This document shows, piece by piece, positions 36,032 to 46,287 of a stretch of 49,033 nucleotides of DNA. Both the position numbers and the translations under genes were made by a program. Each line of letters begins with the position of its first letter. Within the stretch, counting starts at the first letter, position 1. The DNA comes from Gemmatimonadales bacterium (GTDB lineage Bacteria > Gemmatimonadota > Gemmatimonadetes > Gemmatimonadales > GWC2-71-9): positions 1-49,033 of the forward strand of contig DASUAH010000081.1 in NCBI GenBank assembly GCA_035763885.1. Reading direction: 5' to 3'. The notes under the pieces were generated by a model. It saw only the letters and a program-made list of their open reading frames with translations. It made no database searches and had not been told where the DNA came from.

Positions 36032-37899
36032 TGCCCACCTTTCGCGATCTCCTGAACGACGGCCGGGTGCACGTCTTCGACGGCGCCATGGGCACGATGC
36101 TCTATGCCCGCGGCGTGTTCGTCAACGTGTGCTACGACGAGCTCAACCTGAAGCAGCCCGGGCTGGTGCAGGAGGTGCACGAGGCCTACGTCCGGGCGGG
36201 CGCCGAGATTCTCGAGACCAACACCTTCGGCGCCAACCCGGTCAAGCTCTCCGCGTACGGGCTCGAGGAGCAGACGGAGGAGATCAACCGCGCCGCCGTC
36301 GGGCTCGCGAAGCGGGCGGCGCGCGGCCGCGCGCTGGTGGTGGGCGCCATCGGGCCGCTCGGCATCCGCATCGAGCCCTGGGGCCCCACCGCGACCGGGG
36401 AAGCGGTCGAGCATTTCAAGCGGCAGGCGAGTGGCCTGGCCGAAGCCGGGGTGGACGGCTTCCTGCTCGAGACCTTCAGCGACCTCGAGGAGCTGCATGC
36501 CGCGCTGGCCGCGGTGCGGACGCTCAGCGATCTGCCGGTGGTGGCGCAGATGACGGTGGGCGAGGACGGCAACACCTCCTACGGAACGGCCGTGGAGATC
36601 CTGGCCGCCCGGCTGACCGAATGGCCGACCGACGTCATCGGGCTCAACTGCTCGGTCGGTCCCGCGCCGATGCTGGACGCCATCGAGCGCATGGCGGCCG
36701 TGACGACCCGCCCCCTGTCGGCCCAGCCGAACGCGGGCCTGCCGCGTGCCGTGGGGGATCGCCGCATTTACCTGGCCAGCCCCGAGTACATGGCGCAGTA
36801 CGCGCGGCGGCTGATCCAGGCGGGGGTGCGGTTCATCGGGGGCTGCTGCGGCACGACGCCGGAGCACATCCGGCGGATCCGGGAATGCGTGGCCGGCACG
36901 GCACCGCGCCGGATCGCCACGCTGGAGCAGCCCGCTCCGGCCTCGACCCCGGCGCCGGGACGGGATCCCGTCCCGCTCGCGAAGCGCTCCCGCTGGGGCG
37001 GCCGGCTTGCGGCGGGCGAGTTCGTCACCTGTGTCGAAATCGTTCCGCCGCGGGGATGGAACCCGGCCGAGATGCTGGAGCACTGCCGCACGCTCAAGGT
37101 GGCGGGGGTCGACGCGGTGAACGTCCTCGACGGTCCGAGGGCCCAGAGTCGCATGGGGGTGCTCCCCGCGGCGCTCATCATCGAGCGGGAGGTCGGTATC
37201 GAGACGATCTTCCACTACACCTGCCGCGACCGCAACATGCTCGGCATGCTGAGCGACCTGCTCGGCGCCGCGGCGGGCGGGCTGCGGAACGTCCTGATCG
37301 TGACCGGGGATCCGCCGAGCGCGGGCCCCTACCCCGATGCGACCGCGGTCTTCGACATCGACAGCATCGGCCTCACGAACGTGGTGCACCGGCTCAACCG
37401 CGGGCTCGACCCGGGAGGCAACCCGCTGGACCAGCCCACGCGCTTCGTGATCGGCGTCGCGCTCAACCAGAGCGCGGTGGATCCGGAGCGGGAGCTGGAG
37501 CGCTTCGCCTGGAAGCTCGACGCCGGGGCGGAGTTCGCGGTCACCCAGCCGGTCTTCGACCCCGAGCAGCTCGCCCGGGTGCTCGAGCGCGCCCGTCCGT
37601 CCATTCCCGTGATCGCGGGGCTCTGGCCGCTGACGTCGCTGCGGAACGCGGAGTTCCTGGCCAACGAGGTGCCCGGCATCGCCGTGCCCCCTGCGGTCAT
37701 CGACCGCATGCGGCGGGCGGACGAGCGCGGGCCGGAAGCCGCGAGCGCCGAAGGCGTGCGGACCGCGCAGGAGATGTTCGACGCAGTGCGCGGGCTGGTG
37801 CAGGGGGTGCAGGTCAGCGCGCCGTTCGGGCAGGTCTCGCTCGCGCTGGAGGTGTTGGAGGGACTGGCGCCGGCGCGGCGCTCCTCCGCGATCAGGTGA
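36031..37899 (+). CDS. bifunctional homocysteine S-methyltransferase / methylenetetrahydrofolate reductase (YitJ-like fusion)
   Basis: N-terminal Hcy-MT domain ([24 protein letters not shown]) fused to an MTHFR domain (FVTCVEIVPPRG..., HYTCRDRN, VTGDPP, VTQPVFD). The ATG overlaps the metH stop (TGATG). Confidence 0.9.
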
Positions 37900-38770
37900 T
37901 CAGCTCGAGCACGCGCCGGTAGCGCGCGTCCGCCGCGTCGAAGCCGAGGTTGCTGACGTAGACCTTGTCCACTCCCACTTCGCGCAACGTGCGGATCGAG
38001 CGGGCGCAGACCTCCTCGGGCGAGCGTCCCTCCGCGAAGTCGCGGGTCACCCCTTCGGCCGGCACCGGAAAGAAGTCGCCCAATTGTCTGAGCGTGCGGG
38101 GATTCGCGCTCCGATAGAGGAACACCCCGAAGGCGCCCGGATACGGTACGCCGCGGCGCCGAGCCTCGGCGAGGAAGCGTTCGACCTCCCGGATCGAGTG
38201 GTGCGACACGATCTGGGTGAGGTAGAACTCGCCGGCGAACTCCGGGTTCAGGAGAAAATCCACCTGACGTTCGGGATCACGGTGAGGGTTGACCCAGCCG
38301 CCGAGGTTGAGCTCGGGCACCCAGCCCCGGATGCGCTGCCGGAGTTGGTAGGCGTGCGGCACGCAGCGGGGCGGGCCGGCCGACTGGTCGCCGCCGACGA
38401 CCGCGAGCGCCTCGAACCCGTGCGAGGCGGCCCGAAGCGCGTAGAGGCGCAGGTACTCCAGTGTGTGCTTGCAGGTGAGGAACGGCACCACCTTGGCCGT
38501 GGGGATCTCGCCGGCGAGGTTCGCGGTGAGGTGCGCCAGGTTCTCCTCCTCCGACTGGCCCACCGCGTTGTCGGTGAGAAAGATCAGGGTGTCGTGGCGC
38601 GCGAGCCGGCGGATCGAGTGGTAGGCGTCGATCCACGCGTCCAGGCTCTCGGCGTAGGAGAGCCCGGTCCGCGGCGGGCGGAGCTCGACCGCCAGGAGCG
38701 GGCGATCCTCGCGGAGGCGGCGGAGCACGGAGGTGGTCGGGGGCGACGGGGTGGCGGACGTCGGTTGCAT
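37892..38770 (-). CDS. stand-alone MTHFR (MetF)-like protein
   Basis: LLAVELRPPRTG..., FLTCKH, AVVGGDQ and YLTQIV follow the order of the MetF motifs (EFFPPRT, HLTC, GD, TQ). Its 3' end overlaps the convergent fusion gene by 8 nt. Confidence 0.7.
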   Translation of the reverse strand: MQPTSATPSPPTTSVLRRLREDRPLLAVELRPPRTGLSYAESLDAWIDAYHSIRRLARHDTLIFLTDNAVGQSEEENLAHLTANLAGEIPTAKVVPFLTCKHTLEYLRLYALRAASHGFEALAVVGGDQSAGPPRCVPHAYQLRQRIRGWVPELNLGGWVNPHRDPERQVDFLLNPEFAGEFYLTQIVSHHSIREVERFLAEARRRGVPYPGAFGVFLYRSANPRTLRQLGDFFPVPAEGVTRDFAEGRSPEEVCARSIRTLREVGVDKVYVSNLGFDAADARYRRVLELIT

Positions 38771-38917
38771 GTGGCCGAAACGTAACAGGCCCGGGGAGGT
38801 CGAACCGGCCCGGCGAGCGGCCTTGACGCGGGCAGGTCCACCCGCGCAGTAGTGCTGCGCAGCTTGCAGCGAGGACGATAGGTCACCTTTTGCGATCGAG
38901 GCCGGCCGGAGGGAGCC

Positions 38918-39394
38918 ATGGCACTCAAGCTGAGCTCGCCCGCGTTCGAGGCGGGCGGCGCGATACCCGCCGAATACACCTGTGACGGACGTGACGCGGC
39001 GCCCGCGCTCGAGTGGAGCGGGGCTCCCGCCGGCACCAAGAGCTTCGCGCTCATCGTGGACGACCCCGACGCGCCGGATCCCAGGGCGCCCAGGATGACC
39101 TGGGTGCACTGGGTGCTGTACGACATTCCGGCCGCCGCGACCGGGCTCCCGAAGGGCGCCACGACGAGGACATTGCCGGCCGGCACCCGGGAGGGGCTGA
39201 ACGACTGGAAGCGGACGCGGTACGGTGGCCCGTGCCCGCCGATCGGCCGGCACCGGTACTTCCACAAGCTCTACGCGCTGGACACAGTGCTCGGCGACCT
39301 GAAGCGCCCCACGAAGGCGAAGCTCGAAGCGGCGATGAAGGGGCACGTGCTGGCGCGGGCGGAGCTGATGGGGACGTACGAGCGGAGGCAGTGA
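38918..39394 (+). CDS. YbhB/YbcL family PEBP (Raf kinase inhibitor-like) protein
   Basis: FALIVDDPDAPDP, WVHWVLYDIP, GGPCPPIGRHRYFHKLYALD. Strong RBS GGAGGGAG. Confidence 0.85.
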   Translation: MALKLSSPAFEAGGAIPAEYTCDGRDAAPALEWSGAPAGTKSFALIVDDPDAPDPRAPRMTWVHWVLYDIPAAATGLPKGATTRTLPAGTREGLNDWKRTRYGGPCPPIGRHRYFHKLYALDTVLGDLKRPTKAKLEAAMKGHVLARAELMGTYERRQ

Positions 39395-39414
39395 CGCCCT
39401 TGTGCGCCCAGCCC

Positions 39415-39461
39415 GGGAGGAGAGCTCCGGTAGTGTCTGCCGGACACTACCGAGAGCTCCC
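39415..39461. terminator. long imperfect hairpin after the PEBP gene (likely terminator, no U-tract)
   Basis: GGGAGgAGAGCTCCGGTAGTGTC-tgccg-GACACTACCGaGAGCTCCC. A 10-bp perfect inner stem plus a 6-8 bp outer stem with a 1-nt bulge. Confidence 0.45.
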
Positions 39462-39572
39462 AGGCCGGTGGCGGGGGCCGGAGCGGGCGGCTAGTGTTCC
39501 TGTCCCCCCTTGAACGATCAGGCCTGGGCGATGGCTGAAACTGGCGCGGCGCAATGCGCGCCCGGGGCACGC

Positions 39573-40346
39573 ATGTGGCTCCGCGCGACGTGGCTTGGAA
39601 CCCTTCTGCTGACCTGGGCGGCGCCGCTCGGCGGGCAGCAGCCGCTCGCGGTGCCAGCCCCGGCGCCGCTGTCGAGAGACTCCGTGCTCGGTTCGCCCAG
39701 GACCATCCGCTGGTACCACGCGGCCGCTGTGATCGCCGGCACGTCGCTGCTGTTCATCGCCGACGGGCCGGTCGAACGCTTCGCGCAGAGTCACCGCTCC
39801 CCCTCGACCGACGGGGCGGCATCGGTCTTCCGCCGCTTCGGCCAGCCGGAAGTGTACGGAACCGTGAGCCTCGGACTGGTCGCCGCGGGACTCGCGTCCG
39901 GCGACGACCACCTCACCCGCGCCGGCGCCCGCGCCGCCTTCAGCGTCGGGCTGACCGGCGGCGCCACGTTTCTGCTCAAGGGCGTGCTGGGCCGCGAGCG
40001 CCCCGAGGCCGGCGAGGGGGCGCTCGATTTCGACCCGTTTTTCCCCCGCACCCAGGGCCTGCCGTCGGGGCACGCCGCGGCGGCCTTCGCGCTCGCCACC
40101 TCGCTCGCCGATGACATCCACCGGCCCTGGGCGACCGTGGGGCTGTACGCGCTGGCCACAGGAGCGGGGCTCTCGCGCATCAACGACGACCGGCACTGGT
40201 TGAGTGATGTCGCGCTCGGCGCCGTAGTGGGCGTGGCCTCGGCGAAGCTCGTGAGCGGCCGGTGGCGCATCTTCGGACTTCGCACCCCGTCCTTCCTCGC
40301 GACGCCGACCGGTGGGGCCGGCCTGGGCTGGCAGGCAAGCTTCTGA
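39573..40346 (+). CDS. PAP2 superfamily phosphatase (membrane)
   Basis: The three PAP2 motifs KGVLGRERP, PSGH and SRINDDRHWLSD. ATG 39573 gives the signal-like MWLRATWLGTLLLTWAAPLG. Alternative upstream starts at 39510 and 39531. Confidence 0.8.
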   Translation: MWLRATWLGTLLLTWAAPLGGQQPLAVPAPAPLSRDSVLGSPRTIRWYHAAAVIAGTSLLFIADGPVERFAQSHRSPSTDGAASVFRRFGQPEVYGTVSLGLVAAGLASGDDHLTRAGARAAFSVGLTGGATFLLKGVLGRERPEAGEGALDFDPFFPRTQGLPSGHAAAAFALATSLADDIHRPWATVGLYALATGAGLSRINDDRHWLSDVALGAVVGVASAKLVSGRWRIFGLRTPSFLATPTGGAGLGWQASF

Positions 40347-40388
40347 ACGCCGGCTGGTGACCCGCCCACGGCAGCGTGGGGCCATCGC

Positions 40389-40928
40389 TCAATCGTCCTC
40401 CGCTTCCCGCTCCGACCGGGCCGCGGCTTCCCGCTCCGACCGGGCCGCGGCCCCAGCCGCCCCCATCTCCGCCGGCGTCGCCGTGTAGGCACTCGCCGCA
40501 CCGTGGCGGTAGACGAGCTCTCCGCCGGTATGCCCCACCTGGGCGCCCAGCGCCGCGAGCCCGACCGCCCCGGCGCTCGCGACTATGCGGGCCGACCGGC
40601 CCACGCCGCCGCGGAGCAGCCCGGCCGCCGCGACCGCGAGGAGAGCCGCCGACAGCACCACGAACCGCTCGGCCGCCTCCTCGTGTCCTTCGAGCGCCTG
40701 CTCGGACACCGCGTTCTCCACCCGCTCCTCCTCGGACTCGCCGGTGCGGGAGGCGATCCAGCCCGACAGGGTGAGCACCGCCGCCGTGACCAGCGGAAAT
40801 GCCCAGGCCCGGCGGGGGGACGCGCCCCGGCGAATCGCCCAGATGGCGCCAAGGGCGACAAACGGCAGCAGCACCATGAAGACGATCGGGAAGTGGACGA
40901 CCGCCGGGTGCAGGGGATTCGGCAACAT
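40389..40928 (-). CDS. DUF2231-like membrane protein
   Basis: AAGGAG RBS upstream of ATG 40928. The N-terminus MLPNPLHPAVVHFPIVFMVLLP matches the HP..VHFPI signature, with 4 predicted TM segments. The C-terminal tail carries a tandem duplication. Confidence 0.7.
   Translation of the reverse strand: MLPNPLHPAVVHFPIVFMVLLPFVALGAIWAIRRGASPRRAWAFPLVTAAVLTLSGWIASRTGESEEERVENAVSEQALEGHEEAAERFVVLSAALLAVAAAGLLRGGVGRSARIVASAGAVGLAALGAQVGHTGGELVYRHGAASAYTATPAEMGAAGAAARSEREAAARSEREAEDD
40403..40450. repeat. perfect 24-bp tandem duplication inside the DUF2231 gene 3' end
   Basis: cttcccgctccgaccgggccgcgg occurs twice back-to-back (40403-40426 and 40427-40450), encoding AAARSERE twice, in frame. Confidence 0.9.
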
Positions 40929-41012
40929 ACTTTTCACTCCTTGGGTAACGGATCTGCCGCATGATGGGGCCGCGGCTGGTGGCGCGCCATCCGACATCCG
41001 ACGGAGGAGCGT

Positions 41013-41540
41013 ATGGAGAACGACGACCGCGACATGCGCCGGATACTGGTGGCCGTGCTGGTCGCGATCGGGATCGGCGGGGCGGTCGATCTGGTGCTCG
41101 ACGCGCCCGACCGGGTGTCGGCGCACGTGATCTACGAGCTTTGTCTGGTCGGGTTCAGCCTCGGCACCGCGGTCATGCTGTGGGTGAAATGGCACCGGGC
41201 GGAGCGGACCAACGTGCAGCTCCGTCGGACGCTCGCCGAGCGCCAGGCGGAACGGGACGCCTGGGCGGAGAGCGCCCGCAACGCCCTGGACGGCCTCGGG
41301 CGAGCCATTGACTCCCGCTTCGAGGCCTGGGGGCTCACCCCGGCGGAGCGGGACGTCGCCCTGATGCTGCTCAAGGGCAGGAGCCACAAGGAGATCGCGG
41401 CGGCAACCGACCGGAGCGAGCGCACCGTCCGGCAGCACGCGGCCACGGTCTATGGCAAGGCGGAGCTGGGCGGGCGCGCCGAGTTGGCCGCCTTCTTTCT
41501 GGAGAACCTCATGCTGCCGCGGGACCGCCCGCGCGAGTAA
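41013..41540 (+). CDS. membrane-anchored LuxR/GerE-family transcriptional regulator
   Basis: Strong RBS GGAGGAG. Two N-terminal TM segments, then LTPAERDVALMLLKGRSHKEIAAATDRSERTVRQHAATVYGKA (LuxR HTH). Confidence 0.75.
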   Translation: MENDDRDMRRILVAVLVAIGIGGAVDLVLDAPDRVSAHVIYELCLVGFSLGTAVMLWVKWHRAERTNVQLRRTLAERQAERDAWAESARNALDGLGRAIDSRFEAWGLTPAERDVALMLLKGRSHKEIAAATDRSERTVRQHAATVYGKAELGGRAELAAFFLENLMLPRDRPRE

Positions 41541-41577
41541 CTTCCCGCCGAGTTGACCCGCCCACGAGAGCCGACCG

Positions 41578-42741
41578 ATGTCCGACCTCACCACCACTGC
41601 CCCTGCCCTCACCGTTCTGAGCGAGGAAGAGGGGCTCTTCCGGTCCACCGTCCGCGAGTTCGCCGAGACGGAAGTCCGGCCCCACGTGAGCGAGATGGAC
41701 GATGCCTGCCGGTTCCGACCGGAGCTCATCGCCCAGTTCTTCGAGCTCGGGCTCATGGGAGTCGAGGTCCCCGAGCGCTACGGGGGGGCGGGCGGTACGA
41801 TCTTCATGGCCACGCTGGCCATCGAGGAGCTCGCCCGGGTGGACGCGTCGGCGGCGATCTACGTCGATGTGCAGAACACGCTGGTGGAGAACGCGCTCAC
41901 CCGCTGGGGGAACGACGAGCAGAAAGCGCGCTATTTCCCGCGACTCACGACAGACTTGCTCGGCGCATTCGCGCTGTCGGAACCGGCAAGCGGCAGCGAC
42001 GCGTTCGCGCTGGAGACGAAAGCGCAGCGGGCGGACGGCGGCTGGTCGCTCACCGGACGGAAGTTCTGGATCACCAACGGGGCGGAGGCGGGACTCTTCA
42101 TCGTCTTCGGCAACACCGATTTCTCGAAAGGCTACAAGGGTATCACCGCGTTCCTCGTGGAGCGGGACTTCGCCGGATTCTCGATCGGCAAGAAGGAGAA
42201 CAAGCTCGGCATCCGCGCCTCGAGTACTGTGGAGCTGATACTCGAGGGCTGCCGCGTCCCCGACGCGAACGTGCTCGGCCCGGTGGGCCAGGGCTACAAG
42301 ATCGCGATCGAGACGCTGAACGAGGGGCGGATCGGGATCGGCGCCCAGATGATCGGGGTCGCCACGGGCGCATTGGAGGCGGCCACGGCCTACTTGAAGG
42401 AGCGAAAGCAGTTCGGCCAGGCCGTGGCGGAGTTCCAGGGTGTGCAGTTCCAGCTGGCCCAGATGGCCACGGACCTGGAGGCGGCGCGGCTCATGGTCTA
42501 CAACGCCGCCAGACTCAAGGACGCGGGCCGCCCGTTTGCCCGCGAGGCGGCGATGGCGAAGCTCTTCAGCTCGCAGGTAGCGGACCGCATTACCTCGAGC
42601 TGTGTCGAGCTGTTCGGCGGGTACGGCTACTCGAAGGAGTATCCGGTCGAGAAGTTCTATCGGGACGCGAAGATCGGCGCGATCTACGAGGGCACCAGCA
42701 ACATGCAGCTCCGAACGATCGCGAAGTTGATGCTGAAGTAG
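41578..42741 (+). CDS. acyl-CoA dehydrogenase (short/branched-chain type)
   Basis: 387 aa. FALSEPASGSDA, WITNG, and C-terminal YRDAKIGAIYEGTSNMQLRTIAK. Confidence 0.9.
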   Translation: MSDLTTTAPALTVLSEEEGLFRSTVREFAETEVRPHVSEMDDACRFRPELIAQFFELGLMGVEVPERYGGAGGTIFMATLAIEELARVDASAAIYVDVQNTLVENALTRWGNDEQKARYFPRLTTDLLGAFALSEPASGSDAFALETKAQRADGGWSLTGRKFWITNGAEAGLFIVFGNTDFSKGYKGITAFLVERDFAGFSIGKKENKLGIRASSTVELILEGCRVPDANVLGPVGQGYKIAIETLNEGRIGIGAQMIGVATGALEAATAYLKERKQFGQAVAEFQGVQFQLAQMATDLEAARLMVYNAARLKDAGRPFAREAAMAKLFSSQVADRITSSCVELFGGYGYSKEYPVEKFYRDAKIGAIYEGTSNMQLRTIAKLMLK

Positions 42742-42853
42742 GCCTGCCCCGCTCCCGCGGCCCGGTCGAGCGGCGCCGCTGGTCCGTGGTATCAGAGTTA
42801 CGGCCGAGGCCGTGAGTTGTGTCACTCGGCTCGGCCGGCCAGATTGAGCGGTC

Positions 42854-44428
42854 ATGACGTCGCAGCTGCTCTCATGCCTCCGGCGTGGCCGCCGGAGCAT
42901 GCTGGTGTCTTGTGCTCTCGCGGCCGCCGGTCCGGCCGGCGCCCAAGACCCCGCAGTATCCCCGGCCGGATCCGCGCCCGGTCCTGCACCGGTCCCCGAC
43001 GCCCGCTGGCTCGAGGAACAGGTTGGGTCCTGGTACCGTGGCGCGTCGCGCCGGGCCCCGGGCGAATGGGGCATCGCCATCGCCGACGAGAACGGCGCGA
43101 TCCTGTGGGGCCTGAACGCGGACCGTCCCCTGGTCCCGGCATCGACCGTGAAGGTGTTCACCACCGGGTTCGCGCGGAGCGTGCTCGGGGGGAGCGCCCG
43201 GCGCCCCACGCGGGTGGTCGGCGCGGGCGCGGTGGAGCCGGCCAGTGGTGAGTGGGCAGGGAGCTGGGGGCTCGAGCTGAACGGCGACCCGTCGCTCGAG
43301 CGCGGCCCGGGTGAGGGCCCGACCCTCTACGAGCTCGCGCTCCAGCTCGCCAGCGGCGGGGTGCGCCAGCTGACCGGGCCCCTCCACGTCCAGAGCACCG
43401 AGGGTCCCGCCGACGCGGTGTATCCCGAGGTGTGGTCCCGCCGCCATCAGGGACGCCTCTTCGCCCCGCCCGTCGGCCCCCTCACGCTGCACGAGAACGT
43501 GGTGTGGGTCACGGTGGAGCCTGGCCGCAAGTCCGGTATCCGCCCGCTCCTGGTGGACGCCTCGCCCGACGGGATTCTCTCGCTGGTGACCGTGAGGGCG
43601 ACCACCCGTGCGGGCCGGCGATCGCGGCTTTCCCTGCAACCCCGCGCGGATGGCGGCTGGACGCTGGTCGGCACGATCGGGACTCGCGCCCGCACCCGGC
43701 GCATCACGGCGGTGATGCGCGATCCGAAGAGCGTGCTGAACGTCGCGTGGGCGCGGGCCCTCCAGCGGGCGGGCATCCAGTGGGATGCCACGCAACCCGG
43801 TGCCACGCCGCTGGGCGCGGCGCCCCGGGTGCTCGCCGAGGTGTCGTCCCCGCCGCTCGACTCGCTCGCGAGCGAGATCAACCGCCGGAGCCTCAACTAC
43901 GGTGCGGAGCTGCTCCTGCAGTGGGCGGGCGGGCGGGAGCGGGGCGCCGAGCGGCTGGCGGCCCACGTGCGCGAGGTGACCGGCGGCGCCGGGGAGGGAC
44001 TCCGACTCGTCGACGGCAGCGGGCTCTCCTATGATGATCGGGTGGCGCCCGCCACGTTCGTGTCCTATCTCGCGACGTTTCCCGCGATGCCGGCGGGCCG
44101 CAACTTCCCCCAGCTCCTGGCCGCCAACGGCAGCGGCACGCTGCACCGGCTCAGCTCGGGATTCCCCGGGGAGGGGGTCGTCCGCGCCAAGACCGGCACG
44201 CTCGGACACGTCGCGAGCGTGGTCGGGTACCTCGGACGCCCCGACGGCGTGTTGATCGTGGCGCTGATCTACAACGGGCGCCGGGTTCTGGCCGCACGGC
44301 AGGCGCAGTGGCGTCTCTTCCGGCTGCTCGGCGCCGACGGCGTGATCATCCCGAGCGACAGCGTACCGGACGCGCTCGAGCCGGTGCTGGGAGGCGAGGA
44401 GGCGGATGTGGAGGCGGACAGCGCCTAG
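42854..44428 (+). CDS. D-alanyl-D-alanine carboxypeptidase/endopeptidase (PBP4, S13 family)
   Basis: Signal peptide. SxxK (PASTVKVFTT), DGSGLS, KTGTLGHV. Confidence 0.85.
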   Translation: MTSQLLSCLRRGRRSMLVSCALAAAGPAGAQDPAVSPAGSAPGPAPVPDARWLEEQVGSWYRGASRRAPGEWGIAIADENGAILWGLNADRPLVPASTVKVFTTGFARSVLGGSARRPTRVVGAGAVEPASGEWAGSWGLELNGDPSLERGPGEGPTLYELALQLASGGVRQLTGPLHVQSTEGPADAVYPEVWSRRHQGRLFAPPVGPLTLHENVVWVTVEPGRKSGIRPLLVDASPDGILSLVTVRATTRAGRRSRLSLQPRADGGWTLVGTIGTRARTRRITAVMRDPKSVLNVAWARALQRAGIQWDATQPGATPLGAAPRVLAEVSSPPLDSLASEINRRSLNYGAELLLQWAGGRERGAERLAAHVREVTGGAGEGLRLVDGSGLSYDDRVAPATFVSYLATFPAMPAGRNFPQLLAANGSGTLHRLSSGFPGEGVVRAKTGTLGHVASVVGYLGRPDGVLIVALIYNGRRVLAARQAQWRLFRLLGADGVIIPSDSVPDALEPVLGGEEADVEADSA

Positions 44429-44437
44429 ACGCCGGCC

Positions 44438-45163
44438 TCAGAAGTCCACATGTACCAGCTCGGGCCCCTTCGGCTCGCCCGAGCGGTTCAACGCCGGCTC
44501 CACCGTGAGCGCGGCACCCATCACCGGCGCCGGCGTCGCCGGCATCTCCAGCGTGGCGAAGGCGGGCTTGTCGTCCTCGCAGCGAAGCTCCACCGACCGC
44601 ACCATCCCCGTTTCGGTCACGAACCAGAACTGGTAGACGGTCCCCGGCGGCGCCGCGGGAAGGCCGTGCATCACGACGTTCCAGCGGTGCGAGATCTCGT
44701 CCCGGAAGATCAGCAGCCCGCCGCGATGCTCGCCCATCGCGATCTCCCGCTGCACCACGCGGGCCGCGCGGCGCATGACCGAGAGCGTGTCCTCGACGGC
44801 GAGCAGCCGCCGCTCCCGCTCCGCCAGCAGCGATTCCACCTCGGCGCGGCGCCGGTGCTCGCCGTAGCCAAGGGCGGCAGCCAGCGCGACCGCGGCCGCC
44901 GCCGCGAGGCCCGAGGCATGGCGCCGCCACCAGGAGCGGCGGCGGAGCACGGAGTCGGCAAGCTCGCGGGTGAGCCCGGGGCGGGGAGCCGCCGGCACCG
45001 CCGCCATCGGAAGCCACCCGAGCTCGCGCTCCAGCCGGGCCACCTCCTGCCGGCACTCCTCGCATCGCGGGAGATGGTCATCGAACAGGCGCTCCTCCCG
45101 CGGCTCCAGCGCGCGGGAGACCCAGGCAGCCCGATTTTCCACGTACCAGTCGTGCGGCGTCAT
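44438..45163 (-). CDS. transmembrane anti-sigma factor with zinc-binding (ZAS, HxxxCxxC) N-terminus
   Basis: DDHLPRCEECRQEV, one TM segment (ASGLAAAAAVALAAALGY), and an RskA-like extracytoplasmic domain (VYQFWFVTE...). The ATG overlaps the sigma gene stop (ATGA). Confidence 0.8.
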   Translation of the reverse strand: MTPHDWYVENRAAWVSRALEPREERLFDDHLPRCEECRQEVARLERELGWLPMAAVPAAPRPGLTRELADSVLRRRSWWRRHASGLAAAAAVALAAALGYGEHRRRAEVESLLAERERRLLAVEDTLSVMRRAARVVQREIAMGEHRGGLLIFRDEISHRWNVVMHGLPAAPPGTVYQFWFVTETGMVRSVELRCEDDKPAFATLEMPATPAPVMGAALTVEPALNRSGEPKGPELVHVDF

Positions 45164-45732
45164 GGCACCCAGTCCCGGATCGGCGCCAGCGCGGTGCGCA
45201 GCTTGTCGAAGGCGAGCCGGAGCCGCGTCTTGACCGTCCCCATGGGTACGCCGAGGTGTTGCGCGATCTCGGAGTGCGTGAATCCGCTGAAGTAGGCGAG
45301 CCGAATTACGACACGCTGCTCTTCGGGCAGCGTGGCGAGCGCGGCGTGCACCGAGCGGTGCACGTGCCAGCCCGGCTGGGCCGACTCGTCCGGCTCCCGG
45401 AACGGCACCGGAGCCGAGGTGGCCACCTCGTACGCCTGGAACCGCGCTGCCTTGCGCCGCAAGCGGCTCCGCCGCCGCAGCCGGTCGATCGCCCGATTGC
45501 GCGCGACGCGAAGCAGCCACGGCATGAGCTCCTGGTACTCGTCCCCCAGCGTTCCGACCCGGTCCCACGCGGTCGCGAACACCTCGGCAGTCACCTCCTC
45601 CGCCTCGTCCTGGTCACGCAGCATCCCCAGCACCACTCCGAGCACCCACGGCGTGGCCGCCTCGATGAGCTCGACCAGCGCGCGCTCGTCGCGCGCCACG
45701 AGCCGCGCCCGCAGGCTCGCCTGCCCCGTCAT
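45160..45732 (-). CDS. ECF (group IV) RNA polymerase sigma factor
   Basis: Region 2 (DEAEEVTAEVFATAW...WLLRVARNRAIDRLRRR) and region 4 (VIRLAYFSGFTHSEIAQHLGVPMGTVKTRL). Alternative GTG start at 45792, directly after the DM13 stop. Confidence 0.85.
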   Translation of the reverse strand: MTGQASLRARLVARDERALVELIEAATPWVLGVVLGMLRDQDEAEEVTAEVFATAWDRVGTLGDEYQELMPWLLRVARNRAIDRLRRRSRLRRKAARFQAYEVATSAPVPFREPDESAQPGWHVHRSVHAALATLPEEQRVVIRLAYFSGFTHSEIAQHLGVPMGTVKTRLRLAFDKLRTALAPIRDWVP

Positions 45733-45793
45733 CGCGAGCGGTGGCGGCGCGCCGTCTGGGCTGCGCAGCGGATGCGGCTCGGACCGGGGCACG

Positions 45794-46243
45794 CTACTTC
45801 GCCATCATCGCATCGGCGGTCGCGAGCGGGGCCGTGCCCATGGCAACCGAGTACTTCTTGCACCAGAGCACGACGTGGCTGAACCCGCCGAGGTCGGTCC
45901 CCGCCGGCAGGTCGAACGCCTGCGCGCCGTCGAAGCGCCTCAGCCTGCCCAGGAACACTGCGCCTTGGGCCGGCACGCCCTCCGTGGGGCTCAATACGAC
46001 GTACACGTCGGGCCCCTTCTCCACCGAGAAGTCGGCGCCGAGCTCGAGACGGGTCCGCCCCCCGGCCGTAGTGATCTGATACGACCCGTTCGCGCGGTGC
46101 CCCTCGGCCCCGGCGAACGTGCCCTGGGGCGGCTTCATCATGGCATCCTGGCCCATGGCCGCGTCGCGCTCCTGCGCCGCAAGCGGTGCCCCGGCTAGAA
46201 CGAATGCCAGCCCCGCGGCGGCAATGCCAAAACGATACGTCAT
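45794..46243 (-). CDS. DM13 domain protein, secreted
   Basis: Signal peptide MTYRFGIAAAGLAFVLAGAPLAAQ. GSYQITTAGGRTRLELGADFSVEKGPDVYVVLS...FDLPAGTDLGGFSHVVLWCKKYSVAMGTAPL matches the DM13 pattern. Confidence 0.7.
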   Translation of the reverse strand: MTYRFGIAAAGLAFVLAGAPLAAQERDAAMGQDAMMKPPQGTFAGAEGHRANGSYQITTAGGRTRLELGADFSVEKGPDVYVVLSPTEGVPAQGAVFLGRLRRFDGAQAFDLPAGTDLGGFSHVVLWCKKYSVAMGTAPLATADAMMAK

Positions 46244-46287
46244 GAACGCCTCGCTGGTCGAGAGTGGTCCCGGTGCTGTGGGAAAGC

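Noticed and set aside
40988-41002. The tandem heptamer CATCCGA CATCCGA just upstream of the LuxR-type regulator RBS.
   Set aside because: Only two short copies are present. It could be an operator half-site pair, but there is no further evidence.
40357-41566. Exact 13-mer TGACCCGCCCACG in two intergenic regions (40357-40369 and 41554-41566), flanking the DUF2231/LuxR pair.
   Set aside because: In a 49-kb window with this GC skew, I roughly estimate that tens of exact 13-mer pairs are expected by chance. There is no dyad symmetry and no consistent distance to start codons.
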